Made by a program: the position numbers and the translations under genes. A stretch of DNA of 64,000 nucleotides from Saccostrea echinata (taxonomy: Eukaryota). The notes below the pieces were generated by a model. The model was not told the origin of the DNA. It did no database searches and worked only from the letters and a program-made list of their open reading frames with translations. The stretch is taken from NCBI RefSeq assembly GCF_033153115.1, contig NW_026889779.1, positions 16,988,001-17,052,000 on the forward strand, read 5' to 3'. Positions 10,501-25,500 of this stretch are shown piece by piece (the first letter of the stretch is position 1; each line of letters starts with the position of its first letter).

Positions 10501-13500
10501 CTGTTAACAAAGAAGTTTACAGGTCAAAACCAAAGTAACACTCCCCCAACACAGAATGAGTAACAAAAGTCCACAGAGTGCAAGATGTACAGATGGCATG
10601 TCTCATTACCTTCAATGCTTGGGTGGGCTGCAGTACATCCCTGAACTCTTTGCACTCCCTCTGGCAGGCCGAAGTGCGCACTTCATCTCGGAATCCACAA
10701 CAGCCTAATCCGGAACCTGTAAACACCAAAGGTGCAGAAGTCAAAGAACTGTGCAAAGGCTGATGAAAAGACTAGACATAGAGACAGTGCACAGAGTGCA
10801 GGGCGTGCACAATGTATCTTACCAACCTTGGCTCTGCCGCAGTTGACCTCTGAACTCTCAGCACTCTTGCTTTTCAGCTGAGGGTCTCCTCTTCAGAGCT
10901 GGAGGTAGAGGGCTGCACTACGCTGCATCTCTACGGTAGAAAGACAAGACATCAAGAGAGGTGGCGATCTTCATGCGGTGAGAATCAGAACACAAATCAA
11001 AGCAGTTAGTACAGGTTTAAACTTCAATCTTACCCTCTCTTCGATGGTTGGCTGCAGTCGATCCCTGCTCACCAGAATGCTGCTGTACGTCACAGTGGGA
11101 CTGACGCTTGCCTAACCATTTTCCTGAAACACACAGAAAGTCGGGAGGTCAAATGAGCACCCTTGCTGCTTTGATCAAGTTATAATGCACAACAGGGATC
11201 CAAAATAGCTACAAAAGCAGATTGTTACTCACCGCTTTGGCCAATGTTGGCCGCCGTACATAACTGGGCATCTTCATCTGTGTGTAGGCCGGCCTTCTTC
11301 CTTCCGCGTCGTCCCTGCTCCGAGTCCCTGAAAATATACAACTGACACAAAATTAGTACAAATTCAAAACAATGAAACAAATCGAAGAAATTCATCAACA
11401 CTACATACAACAAATTTAGTGGAAAAAGAAGCTAGTAGGTGAAGACAGTTACATGGGGAAAGGGCATAAGGGAGTTAAGGGGGTGGGGATGGTTAGTCAT
11501 GTTAGATTAGGGGGAGTGGATAGGAGACAGGAAAGAGAGAGAACAGAATCAATAGAATTAATTCAAAATGCTTCTCTATTAGGCTTCCTGGTTGCGGAAT
11601 TGGATCCTGCTTGCTTCCACTTCTGCTGGGCTGTGCTGGGCTCAGGTGGGCTCTGCTGGGCTGTGCTGCTTGCTGTGCATCCTGTCAATTGAGAGTCGAG
11701 AGGTCCAAGACTGATACGGTCAACATTAATCGCTAGCGAGGAAAAGATCAAGAAAGGCTACAAGAAGTCGAGTCTGAATCTTACCGCATCTTCTCATGAT
11801 GGCTGCTGTTGGCATCCGGGTCGGCCAGGAACGAAAAACCTCCTCTCCTGCTAACAAAGCAAAACCAAGACATCAAAGTTACTGCATAGAGTTATCAGAA
11901 TTCAGCATATGCAAAGAGCAAAGTTAAGATGTCCGTAACACAGGCACAAAGTAATGAAAGTGGACAGAGTGCAATGTGTGCACGTTGCGACTTACCCTCA
12001 CGTCTGGGATTGGCCGCAGTCCATCACAGAACTCCTGCCGGCAGGTGACGGTCTGCTCTCTCTTCTGCGGAACCAGGCCAGTCTAACCCGTACCTGTTAA
12101 CAAAGAAGTTTACAGGTCAAAACCAAAGTAACACTCCCCCAACACAGAATGAGTAACAAAAGTCCACAGAGTGCAAGATGTACAGATGGCATGTCTCATT
12201 ACCTTCAATGCTTGGGTGGGCTGCAGTACATCCCTGAACTCTTTGCACTCCCTCTGGCAGGCCGAAGTGCGCACTTCATCTCGGAATCCACAACAGCCTA
12301 ATCCGGAACCTGTAAACACCAAAGGTGCAGAAGTCAAAGAACTGTGCAAAGGCTGATGAAAAGACTAGACATAGAGACAGTGCACAGAGTGCAGGGCGTG
12401 CACAATGTATCTTACCAACCTTGGCTCTGCCGCAGTTGACCTCTGAACTCTCAGCACTCTTGCTTTTCAGCTGAGGGTCTCCTCTTCAGAGCTGGAGGTA
12501 GAGGGCTGCACTACGCTGCATCTCTACGGTAGAAAGACAAGACATCAAGAGAGGTGGCGATCTTCATGCGGTGAGAATCAGAACACAAATCAAAGCAGTT
12601 AGTACAGGTTTAAACTTCAATCTTACCCTCTCTTCGATGGTTGGCTGCAGTCGATCCCTGCTCACCAGAATGCTGCTGTACGTCACAGTGGGACTGACGC
12701 TTGCCTAACCATTTTCCTGAAACACACAGAAAGTCGGGAGGTCAAATGAGCACCCTTGCTGCTTTGATCAAGTTATAATGCACAACAGGGATCCAAAATA
12801 GCTACAAAAGCAGATTGTTACTCACCGCTTTGGCCAATGTTGGCCGCCGTACATAACTGGGCATCTTCATCTGTGTGTAGGCCGGCCTTCTTCCTTCCGC
12901 GTCGTCCCTGCTCCGAGTCCCTGAAAATATACAACTGACACAAAATTAGTACAAATTCAAAACAATGAAACAAATCGAAGAAATTCATCAACACTACATA
13001 CAACAAATTTAGTGGAAAAAGAAGCTAGTAGGTGAAGACAGTTACATGGGGAAAGGGCATAAGGGAGTTAAGGGGGTGGGGATGGTTACTCATGTTAGAT
13101 TAGGGGGAGTGGATAGGAGACAGGAAAGAGAGAGAACAGAATCAATAGAATTAATTCAAAATGCTTCTCTATTAGGCTTCCTGGTTGCGGAATTGGATCC
13201 TGCTTGCTTCCACTTCTGCTGGGCTGTGCTGGGCTCAGGTGGGCTCTGCTGGGCTGTGCTGCTTGCTGTGCATCCTGTCAATTGAGAGTCGAGAGGTCCA
13301 AGACTGATACGGTCAACATTAATCGCTAGCGAGGAAAAGATCAAGAAAGGCTACAAGAAGTCGAGTCTGAATCTTACCGCATCTTCTCATGATGGCTGCT
13401 GTTGGCATCCGGGTCGGCCAGGAACGAAAAACCTCCTCTCCTGCTAACAAAGCAAAACCAAGACATCAAAGTTACTGCATAGAGTTATCAGAATTCAGCA

Positions 13501-16500
13501 TATGCAAAGAGCAAAGTTAAGATGTCCGTAACACAGGCACAAAGTAATGAAAGTGGACAGAGTGCAATGTGTGCACGTTGCGACTTACCCTCACGTCTGG
13601 GATTGGCCGCAGTCCATCACAGAACTCCTGCCGGCAGGTGACGGTCTGCTCTCTCTTCTGCGGAACCAGGCCAGTCTAACCCGTACCTGTTAACAAAGAA
13701 GTTTACAGGTCAAAACCAAAGTAACACTCCCCCAACACAGAATGAGTAACAAAAGTCCACAGAGTGCAAGATGTACAGATGGCATGTCTCATTACCTTCA
13801 ATGCTTGGGTGGGCTGCAGTACATCCCTGAACTCTTTGCACTCCCTCTGGCAGGCCGAAGTGCGCACTTCATCTCGGAATCCACAACAGCCTAATCCGGA
13901 ACCTGTAAACACCAAAGGTGCAGAAGTCAAAGAACTGTGCAAAGTCTGATGAAAAGACTAGACATAGAGACAGTGCACAGAGTGCAGGGCGTGCACAATG
14001 TATCTTACCAACCTTGGCTCTGCCGCAGTTGACCTCTGAACTCTCAGCACTCTTGCTTTTCAGCTGAGGGTCTCCTCTTCAGAGCTGGAGGTAGAGGGCT
14101 GCACTACGCTGCATCTCTACGGTAGAAAGACAAGACATCAAGAGAGGTGGCGATCTTCATGTGGTGAGAATCAGAACACAAATCAAAGCAGTTAGTACAG
14201 GTTTAAACTTCAATCTTACCCTCTCTTCGATGGTTGGCTGCAGTCGATCCCTGCTCACCAGAATGCTGCTGTACGTCACAGTGGGACTGACGCTTGCCTA
14301 ACCATTTTCCTGAAACACACAGAAAGTCGGGAGGTCAAATGAGCACCCTTGCTGCTTTGATCAAGTTATAATGCACAACAGGGATCCAAAATAGCTACAA
14401 AAGCAGATTGTTACTCACCGCTTTGGCCAATGTTGGCCGCCGTACATAACTGGGCATCTTCATCTGTGTGTAGGCCGGCCTTCTTCCTTCCGCGTCGTCC
14501 CTGCTCCGAGTCCCTGAAAATATACAACTGACACAAAATTAGTACAAATTCAAAACAATGAAACAAATCGAAGAAATTCATCAACACTACATACAACAAA
14601 TTTAGTGGAAAAAGAAGCTAGTAGGTGAAGACAGTTACATGGGGAAAGGGCATAAGGGAGTTAAGGGGGTGGGGATGGTTAGTCATGTTAGATTAGGGGG
14701 AGTGGATAGGAGACAGGAAAGAGAGAGAACAGAATCAATAGAATTAATTCAAAATGCTTCTCTATTAGGCTTCCTGGTTGCGGAATTGGATCCTGCTTGC
14801 TTCCACTTCTGCTGGGCTGTGCTGGGCTCAGGTGGGCTCTGCTGGGCTGTGCTGCTTGCTGTGCATCCTGTCAATTGAGAGTCGAGAGGTCCAAGACTGA
14901 TACGGTCAACATTAATCGCTAGCGAGGAAAAGATCAAGAAAGGCTACAAGAAGTCGAGTCTGAATCTTACCGCATCTTCTCATGATGGCTGCTGTTGGCA
15001 TCCGGGTCGGCCAGGAACGAAAAACCTCCTCTCCTGCTAACAAAGCAAAACCAAGACATCAAAGTTACTGCATAGAGTTATCAGAATTCAGCATATGCAA
15101 AGAGCAAAGTTAAGATGTCCGTAACACAGGCACAAAGTAATGAAAGTGGACAGAGTGCAATGTGTGCACGTTGCGACTTACCCTCACGTCTGGGATTGGC
15201 CGCAGTCCATCACAGAACTCCTGCCGGCAGGTGACGGTCTGCTCTCTCTTCTGCGGAACCAGGCCAGTCTAACCCGTACCTGTTAACAAAGAAGTTTACA
15301 GGTCAAAACCAAAGTAACACTCCCCCAACACAGAATGAGTAACAAAAGTCCACAGAGTGCAAGATGTACAGATGGCATGTCTCATTACCTTCAATGCTTG
15401 GGTGGGCTGCAGTACATCCCTGAACTCTTTGCACTCCCTCTGGCAGGCCGAAGTGCGCACTTCATCTCGGAATCCACAACAGCCTAATCCGGAACCTGTA
15501 AACACCAAAGGTGCAGAAGTCAAAGAACTGTGCAAAGGCTGATGAAAAGACTAGACATAGAGACAGTGCACAGAGTGCAGGGCGTGCACAATGTATCTTA
15601 CCAACCTTGGCTCTGCCGCAGTTGACCTCTGAACTCTCAGCACTCTTGCTTTTCAGCTGAGGGTCTCCTCTTCAGAGCTGGAGGTAGAGGGCTGCACTAC
15701 GCTGCATCTCTACGGTAGAAAGACAAGACATCAAGAGAGGTGGCGATCTTCATGCGGTGAGAATCAGAACACAAATCAAAGCAGTTAGTACAGGTTTAAA
15801 CTTCAATCTTACCCTCTCTTCGATGGTTGGCTGCAGTCGATCCCTGCTCACCAGAATGCTGCTGTACGTCACAGTGGGACTGACGCTTGCCTAACCATTT
15901 TCCTGAAACACACAGAAAGTCGGGAGGTCAAATGAGCACCCTTGCTGCTTTGATCAAGTTATAATGCACAACAGGGATCCAAAATAGCTACAAAAGCAGA
16001 TTGTTACTCACCGCTTTGGCCAATGTTGGCCGCCGTACATAACTGGGCATCTTCATCTGTGTGTAGGCCGGCCTTCTTCCTTCCGCGTCGTCCCTGCTCC
16101 GAGTCCCTGAAAATATACAACTGACACAAAATTAGTACAAATTCAAAACAATGAAACAAATCGAAGAAATTCATCAACACTACATACAACAAATTTAGTG
16201 GAAAAAGAAGCTAGTAGGTGAAGACAGTTACATGGGGAAAGGGCATAAGGGAGTTAAGGGGGTGGGGATGGTTAGTCATGTTAGATTAGGGGGAGTGGAT
16301 AGGAGACAGGAAAGAGAGAGAACAGAATCAATAGAATTAATTCAAAATGCTTCTCTATTAGGCTTCCTGGTTGCGGAATTGGATCCTGCTTGCTTCCACT
16401 TCTGCTGGGCTGTGCTGGGCTCAGGTGGGCTCTGCTGGGCTGTGCTGCTTGCTGTGCATCCTGTCAATTGAGAGTCGAGAGGTCCAAGACTGATACGGTC

Positions 16501-19500
16501 AACATTAATCGCTAGCGAGGAAAAGATCAAGAAAGGCTACAAGAAGTCGAGTCTGAATCTTACCGCATCTTCTCATGATGGCTGCTGTTGGCATCCGGGT
16601 CGGCCAGGAACGAAAAACCTCCTCTCCTGCTAACAAAGCAAAACCAAGACATCAAAGTTACTGCATAGAGTTATCAGAATTCAGCATATGCAAAGAGCAA
16701 AGTTAAGATGTCCGTAACACAGGCACAAAGTAATGAAAGTGGACAGAGTGCAATGTGTGCACGTTGCGACTTACCCTCACGTCTGGGATTGGCCGCAGTC
16801 CATCACAGAACTCCTGCCGGCAGGTGACGGTCTGCTCTCTCTTCTGCGGAACCAGGCCAGTCTAACCCGTACCTGTTAACAAAGAAGTTTACAGGTCAAA
16901 ACCAAAGTAACACTCCCCCAACACAGAATGAGTAACAAAAGTCCACAGAGTGCAAGATGTACAGATGGCATGTCTCATTACCTTCAATGCTTGGGTGGGC
17001 TGCAGTACATCCCTGAACTCTTTGCACTCCCTCTGGCAGGCCGAAGTGCGCACTTCATCTCGGAATCCACAACAGCCTAATCCGGAACCTGTAAACACCA
17101 AAGGTGCAGAAGTCAAAGAACTGTGCAAAGGCTGATGAAAAGACTAGACATAGAGACAGTGCACAGAGTGCAGGGCGTGCACAATGTATCTTACCAACCT
17201 TGGCTCTGCCGCAGTTGACCTCTGAACTCTCAGCACTCTTGCTTTTCAGCTGAGGGTCTCCTCTTCAGAGCTGGAGGTAGAGGGCTGCACTACGCTGCAT
17301 CTCTACGGTAGAAAGACAAGACATCAAGAGAGGTGGCGATCTTCATGCGGTGAGAATCAGAACACAAATCAAAGCAGTTAGTACAGGTTTAAACTTCAAT
17401 CTTACCCTCTCTTCGATGGTTGGCTGCAGTCGATCCCTGCTCACCAGAATGCTGCTGTACGTCACAGTGGGACTGACGCTTGCCTAACCATTTTCCTGAA
17501 ACACACAGAAAGTCGGGAGGTCAAATGAGCACCCTTGCTGCTTTGATCAAGTCATAATGCACAACAGGGATCCAAAATAGCTACAAAAGCAGATTGTTAC
17601 TCACCGCTTTGGCCAATGTTGGCCGCCGTACATAACTGGGCATCTTCATCTGTGTGTAGGCCGGCCTTCTTCCTTCCGCGTCGTCCCTGCTCCGAGTCCC
17701 TGAAAATATACAACTGACACAAAATTAGTACAAATTCAAAACAATGAAACAAATCGAAGAAATTCATCAACACTACATACAACAAATTTAGTGGAAAAAG
17801 AAGCTAGTAGGTGAAGACAGTTACATGGGGAAAGGGCATAAGGGAGTTAAGGGGGTGGGGATGGTTACTCATGTTAGATTAGGGGGAGTGGATAGGAGAC
17901 AGGAAAGAGAGAGAACAGAATCAATAGAATTAATTCAAAATGCTTCTCTATTAGGCTTCCTGGTTGCGGAATTGGATCCTGCTTGCTTCCACTTCTGCTG
18001 GGCTGTGCTGGGCTCAGGTGGGCTCTGCTGGGCTGTGCTGCTTGCTGTGCATCCTGTCAATTGAGAGTCGAGAGGTCCAAGACTGATACGGTCAACATTA
18101 ATCGCTAGCGAGGAAAAGATCAAGAAAGGCTACAAGAAGTCGAGTCTGAATCTTACCGCATCTTCTCATGATGGCTGCTGTTGGCATCCGGGTCGGCCAG
18201 GAACGAAAAACCTCCTCTCCTGCTAACAAAGCAAAACCAAGACATCAAAGTTACTGCATAGAGTTATCAGAATTCAGCATATGCAAAGAGCAAAGTTAAG
18301 ATGTCCGTAACACAGGCACAAAGTAATGAAAGTGGACAGAGTGCAATGTGTGCACGTTGCGACTTACCCTCACGTCTGGGATTGGCCGCAGTCCATCACA
18401 GAACTCCTGCCGGCAGGTGACGGTCTGCTCTCTCTTCTGCGGAACCAGGCCAGTCTAACCCGTACCTGTTAACAAAGAAGTTTACAGGTCAAAACCAAAG
18501 TAACACTCCCCCAACACAGAATGAGTAACAAAAGTCCACAGAGTGCAAGATGTACAGATGGCATGTCTCATTACCTTCAATGCTTGGGTGGGCTGCAGTA
18601 CATCCCTGAACTCTTTGCACTCCCTCTGGCAGGCCGAAGTGCGCACTTCATCTCGGAATCCACAACAGCCTAATCCGGAACCTGTAAACACCAAAGGTGC
18701 AGAAGTCAAAGAACTGTGCAAAGGCTGATGAAAAGACTAGACATAGAGACAGTGCACAGAGTGCAGGGCGTGCACAATGTATCTTACCAACCTTGGCTCT
18801 GCCGCAGTTGACCTCTGAACTCTCAGCACTCTTGCTTTTCAGCTGAGGGTCTCCTCTTCAGAGCTGGAGGTAGAGGGCTGCACTACGCTGCATCTCTACG
18901 GTAGAAAGACAAGACATCAAGAGAGGTGGCGATCTTCATGCGGTGAGAATCAGAACACAAATCAAAGCAGTTAGTACAGGTTTAAACTTCAATCTTACCC
19001 TCTCTTCGATGGTTGGCTGCAGTCGATCCCTGCTCACCAGAATGCTGCTGTACGTCACAGTGGGACTGACGCTTGCCTAACCATTTTCCTGAAACACACA
19101 GAAAGTCGGGAGGTCAAATGAGCACCCTTGCTGCTTTGATCAAGTTATAATGCACAACAGGGATCCAAAATAGCTACAAAAGCAGATTGTTACTCACCGC
19201 TTTGGCCAATGTTGGCCGCCGTACATAACTGGGCATCTTCATCTGTGTGTAGGCCGGCCTTCTTCCTTCCGCGTCGTCCCTGCTCCGAGTCCCTGAAAAT
19301 ATACAACTGACACAAAATTAGTACAAATTCAAAACAATGAAACAAATCGAAGAAATTCATCAACACTACATACAACAAATTTAGTGGAAAAAGAAGCTAG
19401 TAGGTGAAGACAGTTACATGGGGAAAGGGCATAAGGGAGTTAAGGGGGTGGGGATGGTTACTCATGTTAGATTAGGGGGAGTGGATAGGAGACAGGAAAG

Positions 19501-22500
19501 AGAGAGAACAGAATCAATAGAATTAATTCAAAATGCTTCTCTATTAGGCTTCCTGGTTGCGGAATTGGATCCTGCTTGCTTCCACTTCTGCTGGGCTGTG
19601 CTGGGCTCAGGTGGGCTCTGCTGGGCTGTGCTGCTTGCTGTGCATCCTGTCAATTGAGAGTCGAGAGGTCCAAGACTGATACGGTCAACATTAATCGCTA
19701 GCGAGGAAAAGATCAAGAAAGGCTACAAGAAGTCGAGTCTGAATCTTACCGCATCTTCTCATGATGGCTGCTGTTGGCATCCGGGTCGGCCAGGAACGAA
19801 AAACCTCCTCTCCTGCTAACAAAGCAAAACCAAGACATCAAAGTTACTGCATAGAGTTATCAGAATTCAGCATATGCAAAGAGCAAAGTTAAGATGTCCG
19901 TAACACAGGCACAAAGTAATGAAAGTGGACAGAGTGCAATGTGTGCACGTTGCGACTTACCCTCACGTCTGGGATTGGCCGCAGTCCATCACAGAACTCC
20001 TGCCGGCAGGTGACGGTCTGCTCTCTCTTCTGCGGAACCAGGCCAGTCTAACCCGTACCTGTTAACAAAGAAGTTTACAGGTCAAAACCAAAGTAACACT
20101 CCCCCAACACAGAATGAGTAACAAAAGTCCACAGAGTGCAAGATGTACAGATGGCATGTCTCATTACCTTCAATGCTTGGGTGGGCTGCAGTACATCCCT
20201 GAACTCTTTGCACTCCCTCTGGCAGGCCGAAGTGCGCACTTCATCTCGGAATCCACAACAGCCTAATCCGGAACCTGTAAACACCAAAGGTGCAGAAGTC
20301 AAAGAACTGTGCAAAGGCTGATGAAAAGACTAGACATAGAGACAGTGCACAGAGTGCAGGGCGTGCACAATGTATCTTACCAACCTTGGCTCTGCCGCAG
20401 TTGACCTCTGAACTCTCAGCACTCTTGCTTTTCAGCTGAGGGTCTCCTCTTCAGAGCTGGAGGTAGAGGGCTGCACTACGCTGCATCTCTACGGTAGAAA
20501 GACAAGACATCAAGAGAGGTGGCGATCTTCATGCGGTGAGAATCAGAACACAAATCAAAGCAGTTAGTACAGGTTTAAACTTCAATCTTACCCTCTCTTC
20601 GATGGTTGGCTGCAGTCGATCCCTGCTCACCAGAATGCTGCTGTACGTCACAGTGGGACTGACGCTTGCCTAACCATTTTCCTGAAACACACAGAAAGTC
20701 GGGAGGTCAAATGAGCACCCTTGCTGCTTTGATCAAGTTATAATGCACAACAGGGATCCAAAATAGCTACAAAAGCAGATTGTTACTCACCGCTTTGGCC
20801 AATGTTGGCCGCCGTACATAACTGGGCATCTTCATCTGTGTGTAGGCCGGCCTTCTTCCTTCCGCGTCGTCCCTGCTCCGAGTCCCTGAAAATATACAAC
20901 TGACACAAAATTAGTACAAATTCAAAACAATGAAACAAATCGAAGAAATTCATCAACACTACATACAACAAATTTAGTGGAAAAAGAAGCTAGTAGGTGA
21001 AGACAGTTACATGGGGAAAGGGCATAAGGGAGTTAAGGGGGTGGGGATGGTTAGTCATGTTAGATTAGGGGGAGTGGATAGGAGACAGGAAAGAGAGAGA
21101 ACAGAATCAATAGAATTAATTCAAAATGCTTCTCTATTAGGCTTCCTGGTTGCGGAATTGGATCCTGCTTGCTTCCACTTCTGCTGGGCTGTGCTGGGCT
21201 CAGGTGGGCTCTGCTGGGCTGTGCTGCTTGCTGTGCATCCTGTCAATTGAGAGTCGAGAGGTCCAAGACTGATACGGTCAACATTAATCGCTAGCGAGGA
21301 AAAGATCAAGAAAGGCTACAAGAAGTCGAGTCTGAATCTTACCGCATCTTCTCATGATGGCTGCTGTTGGCATCCGGGTCGGCCAGGAACGAAAAACCTC
21401 CTCTCCTGCTAACAAAGCAAAACCAAGACATCAAAGTTACTGCATAGAGTTATCAGAATTCAGCATATGCAAAGAGCAAAGTTAAGATGTCCGTAACACA
21501 GGCACAAAGTAATGAAAGTGGACAGAGTGCAATGTGTGCACGTTGCGACTTACCCTCACGTCTGGGATTGGCCGCAGTCCATCACAGAACTCCTGCCGGC
21601 AGGTGACGGTCTGCTCTCTCTTCTGCGGAACCAGGCCAGTCTAACCCGTACCTGTTAACAAAGAAGTTTACAGGTCAAAACCAAAGTAACACTCCCCCAA
21701 CACAGAATGAGTAACAAAAGTCCACAGAGTGCAAGATGTACAGATGGCATGTCTCATTACCTTCAATGCTTGGGTGGGCTGCAGTACATCCCTGAACTCT
21801 TTGCACTCCCTCTGGCAGGCCGAAGTGCGCACTTCATCTCGGAATCCACAACAGCCTAATCCGGAACCTGTAAACACCAAAGGTGCAGAAGTCAAAGAAC
21901 TGTGCAAAGGCTGATGAAAAGACTAGACATAGAGACAGTGCACAGAGTGCAGGGCGTGCACAATGTATCTTACCAACCTTGGCTCTGCCGCAGTTGACCT
22001 CTGAACTCTCAGCACTCTTGCTTTTCAGCTGAGGGTCTCCTCTTCAGAGCTGGAGGTAGAGGGCTGCACTACGCTGCATCTCTACGGTAGAAAGACAAGA
22101 CATCAAGAGAGGTGGCGATCTTCATGCGGTGAGAATCAGAACACAAATCAAAGCAGTTAGTACAGGTTTAAACTTCAATCTTACCCTCTCTTCGATGGTT
22201 GGCTGCAGTCGATCCCTGCTCACCAGAATGCTGCTGTACGTCACAGTGGGACTGACGCTTGCCTAACCATTTTCCTGAAACACACAGAAAGTCGGGAGGT
22301 CAAATGAGCACCCTTGCTGCTTTGATCAAGTCATAATGCACAACAGGGATCCAAAATAGCTACAAAAGCAGATTGTTACTCACCGCTTTGGCCAATGTTG
22401 GCCGCCGTACATAACTGGGCATCTTCATCTGTGTGTAGGCCGGCCTTCTTCCTTCCGCGTCGTCCTTGCTCCGAGTCCCTGAAAATATACAACTGACACA

Positions 22501-25500
22501 AAATTAGTACAAATTCAAAACAATGAAACAAATCGAAGAAATTCATCAACACTACATACAACAAATTTAGTGGAAAAAGAAGCTAGTAGGTGAAGACAGT
22601 TACATGGGGAAAGGGCATAAGGGAGTTAAGGGGGTGGGGATGGTTACTCATGTTAGATTAGGGGGAGTGGATAGGAGACAGGAAAGAGAGAGAACAGAAT
22701 CAATAGAATTAATTCAAAATGCTTCTCTATTAGGCTTCCTGGTTGCGGAATTGGATCCTGCTTGCTTCCACTTCTGCTGGGCTGTGCTGGGCTCAGGTGG
22801 GCTCTGCTGGGCTGTGCTGCTTGCTGTGCATCCTGTCAATTGAGAGTCGAGAGGTCCAAGACTGATACGGTCAACATTAATCGCTAGCGAGGAAAAGATC
22901 AAGAAAGGCTACAAGAAGTCGAGTCTGAATCTTACCGCATCTTCTCATGATGGCTGATGTTGGCATCCGGGTCGGCCAGGAACGAAAAACCTCCTCTCCT
23001 GCTAACAAAGCAAAACCAAGACATCAAAGTTACTGCATAGAGTTATCAGAATTCAGCATATGCAAAGAGCAAAGTTAAGATGTCCGTAACACAGGCACAA
23101 AGTAATGAAAGTGGACAGAGTGCAATGTGTGCACGTTGCGACTTACCCTCACGTCTGGGATTGGCCGCAGTCCATCACAGAACTCCTGCCGGCAGGTGAC
23201 GGTCTGCTCTCTCTTCTGCGGAACCAGGCCAGTCTAACCCGTACCTGTTAACAAAGAAGTTTACAGGTCAAAACCAAAGTAACACTCCCCCAACACAGAA
23301 TGAGTAACAAAAGTCCACAGAGTGCAAGATGTACAGATGGCATGTCTCATTACCTTCAATGCTTGGGTGGGCTGCAGTACATCCCTGAACTCTTTGCACT
23401 CCCTCTGGCAGGCCGAAGTGCGCACTTCATCTCGGAATCCACAACAGCCTAATCCGGAACCTGTAAACACCAAAGGTGCAGAAGTCAAAGAACTGTGCAA
23501 AGGCTGATGAAAAGACTAGACATAGAGACAGTGCACAGAGTGCAGGGCGTGCACAATGTATCTTACCAACCTTGGCTCTGCCGCAGTTGACCTCTGAACT
23601 CTCAGCACTCTTGCTTTTCAGCTGAGGGTCTCCTCTTCAGAGCTGGAGGTAGAGGGCTGCACTACGCTGCATCTCTACGGTAGAAAGACAAGACATCAAG
23701 AGAGGTGGCGATCTTCATGCGGTGAGAATCAGAACACAAATCAAAGCAGTTAGTACAGGTTTAAACTTCAATCTTACCCTCTCTTCGATGGTTGGCTGCA
23801 GTCGATCCCTGCTCACCAGAATGCTGCTGTACGTCACAGTGGGACTGACGCTTGCCTAACCATTTTCCTGAAACACACAGAAAGTCGGGAGGTCAAATGA
23901 GCACCCTTGCTGCTTTGATCAAGTTATAATGCACAACAGGGATCCAAAATAGCTACAAAAGCAGATTGTTACTCACCGCTTTGGCCAATGTTGGCCGCCG
24001 TACATAACTGGGCATCTTCATCTGTGTGTAGGCCGGCCTTCTTCCTTCCGCGTCGTCCCTGCTCCGAGTCCCTGAAAATATACAACTGACACAAAATTAG
24101 TACAAATTCAAAACAATGAAACAAATCGAAGAAATTCATCAACACTACATACAACAAATTTAGTGGAAAAAGAAGCTAGTAGGTGAAGACAGTTACATGG
24201 GGAAAGGGCATAAGGGAGTTAAGGGGGTGGGGATGGTTAGTCATGTTAGATTAGGGGGAGTGGATAGGAGACAGGAAAGAGAGAGAACAGAATCAATAGA
24301 ATTAATTCAAAATGCTTCTCTATTAGGCTTCCTGGTTGCGGAATTGGATCCTGCTTGCTTCCACTTCTGCTGGGCTGTGCTGGGCTCAGGTGGGCTCTGC
24401 TGGGCTGTGCTGCTTGCTGTGCATCCTGTCAATTGAGAGTCGAGAGGTCCAAGACTGATACGGTCAACATTAATCGCTAGCGAGGAAAAGATCAAGAAAG
24501 GCTACAAGAAGTCGAGTCTGAATCTTACCGCATCTTCTCATGATGGCTGCTGTTGGCATCCGGGTCGGCCAGGAACGAAAAACCTCCTCTCCTGCTAACA
24601 AAGCAAAACCAAGACATCAAAGTTACTGCATAGAGTTATCAGAATTCAGCATATGCAAAGAGCAAAGTTAAGATGTCCGTAACACAGGCACAAAGTAATG
24701 AAAGTGGACAGAGTGCAATGTGTGCACGTTGCGACTTACCCTCACGTCTGGGATTGGCCGCAGTCCATCACAGAACTCCTGCCGGCAGGTGACGGTCTGC
24801 TCTCTCTTCTGCGGAACCAGGCCAGTCTAACCCGTACCTGTTAACAAAGAAGTTTACAGGTCAAAACCAAAGTAACACTCCCCCAACACAGAATGAGTAA
24901 CAAAAGTCCACAGAGTGCAAGATGTACAGATGGCATGTCTCATTACCTTCAATGCTTGGGTGGGCTGCAGTACATCCCTGAACTCTTTGCACTCCCTCTG
25001 GCAGGCCGAAGTGCGCACTTCATCTCGGAATCCACAACAGCCTAATCCGGAACCTGTAAACACCAAAGGTGCAGAAGTCAAAGAACTGTGCAAAGGCTGA
25101 TGAAAAGACTAGACATAGAGACAGTGCACAGAGTGCAGGGCGTGCACAATGTATCTTACCAACCTTGGCTCTGCCGCAGTTGACCTCTGAACTCTCAGCA
25201 CTCTTGCTTTTCAGCTGAGGGTCTCCTCTTCAGAGCTGGAGGTAGAGGGCTGCACTACGCTGCATCTCTATGGTAGAAAGACAAGACATCAAGAGAGGTG
25301 GCGATCTTCATGCGGTGAGAATCAGAACACAAATCAAAGCAGTTAGTACAGGTTTAAACTTCAATCTTACCCTCTCTTCGATGGTTGGCTGCAGTCGATC
25401 CCTGCTCACCAGAATGCTGCTGTACGTCACAGTGGGACTGACGCTTGCCTAACCATTTTCCTGAAACACACAGAAAGTCGGGAGGTCAAATGAGCACCCT

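Noticed and set aside
25270-25452. Extra 60-aa ORF in unit 16
   Set aside because: It arises from a single CpG transition (ACG>ATG at 25271) in one unit.
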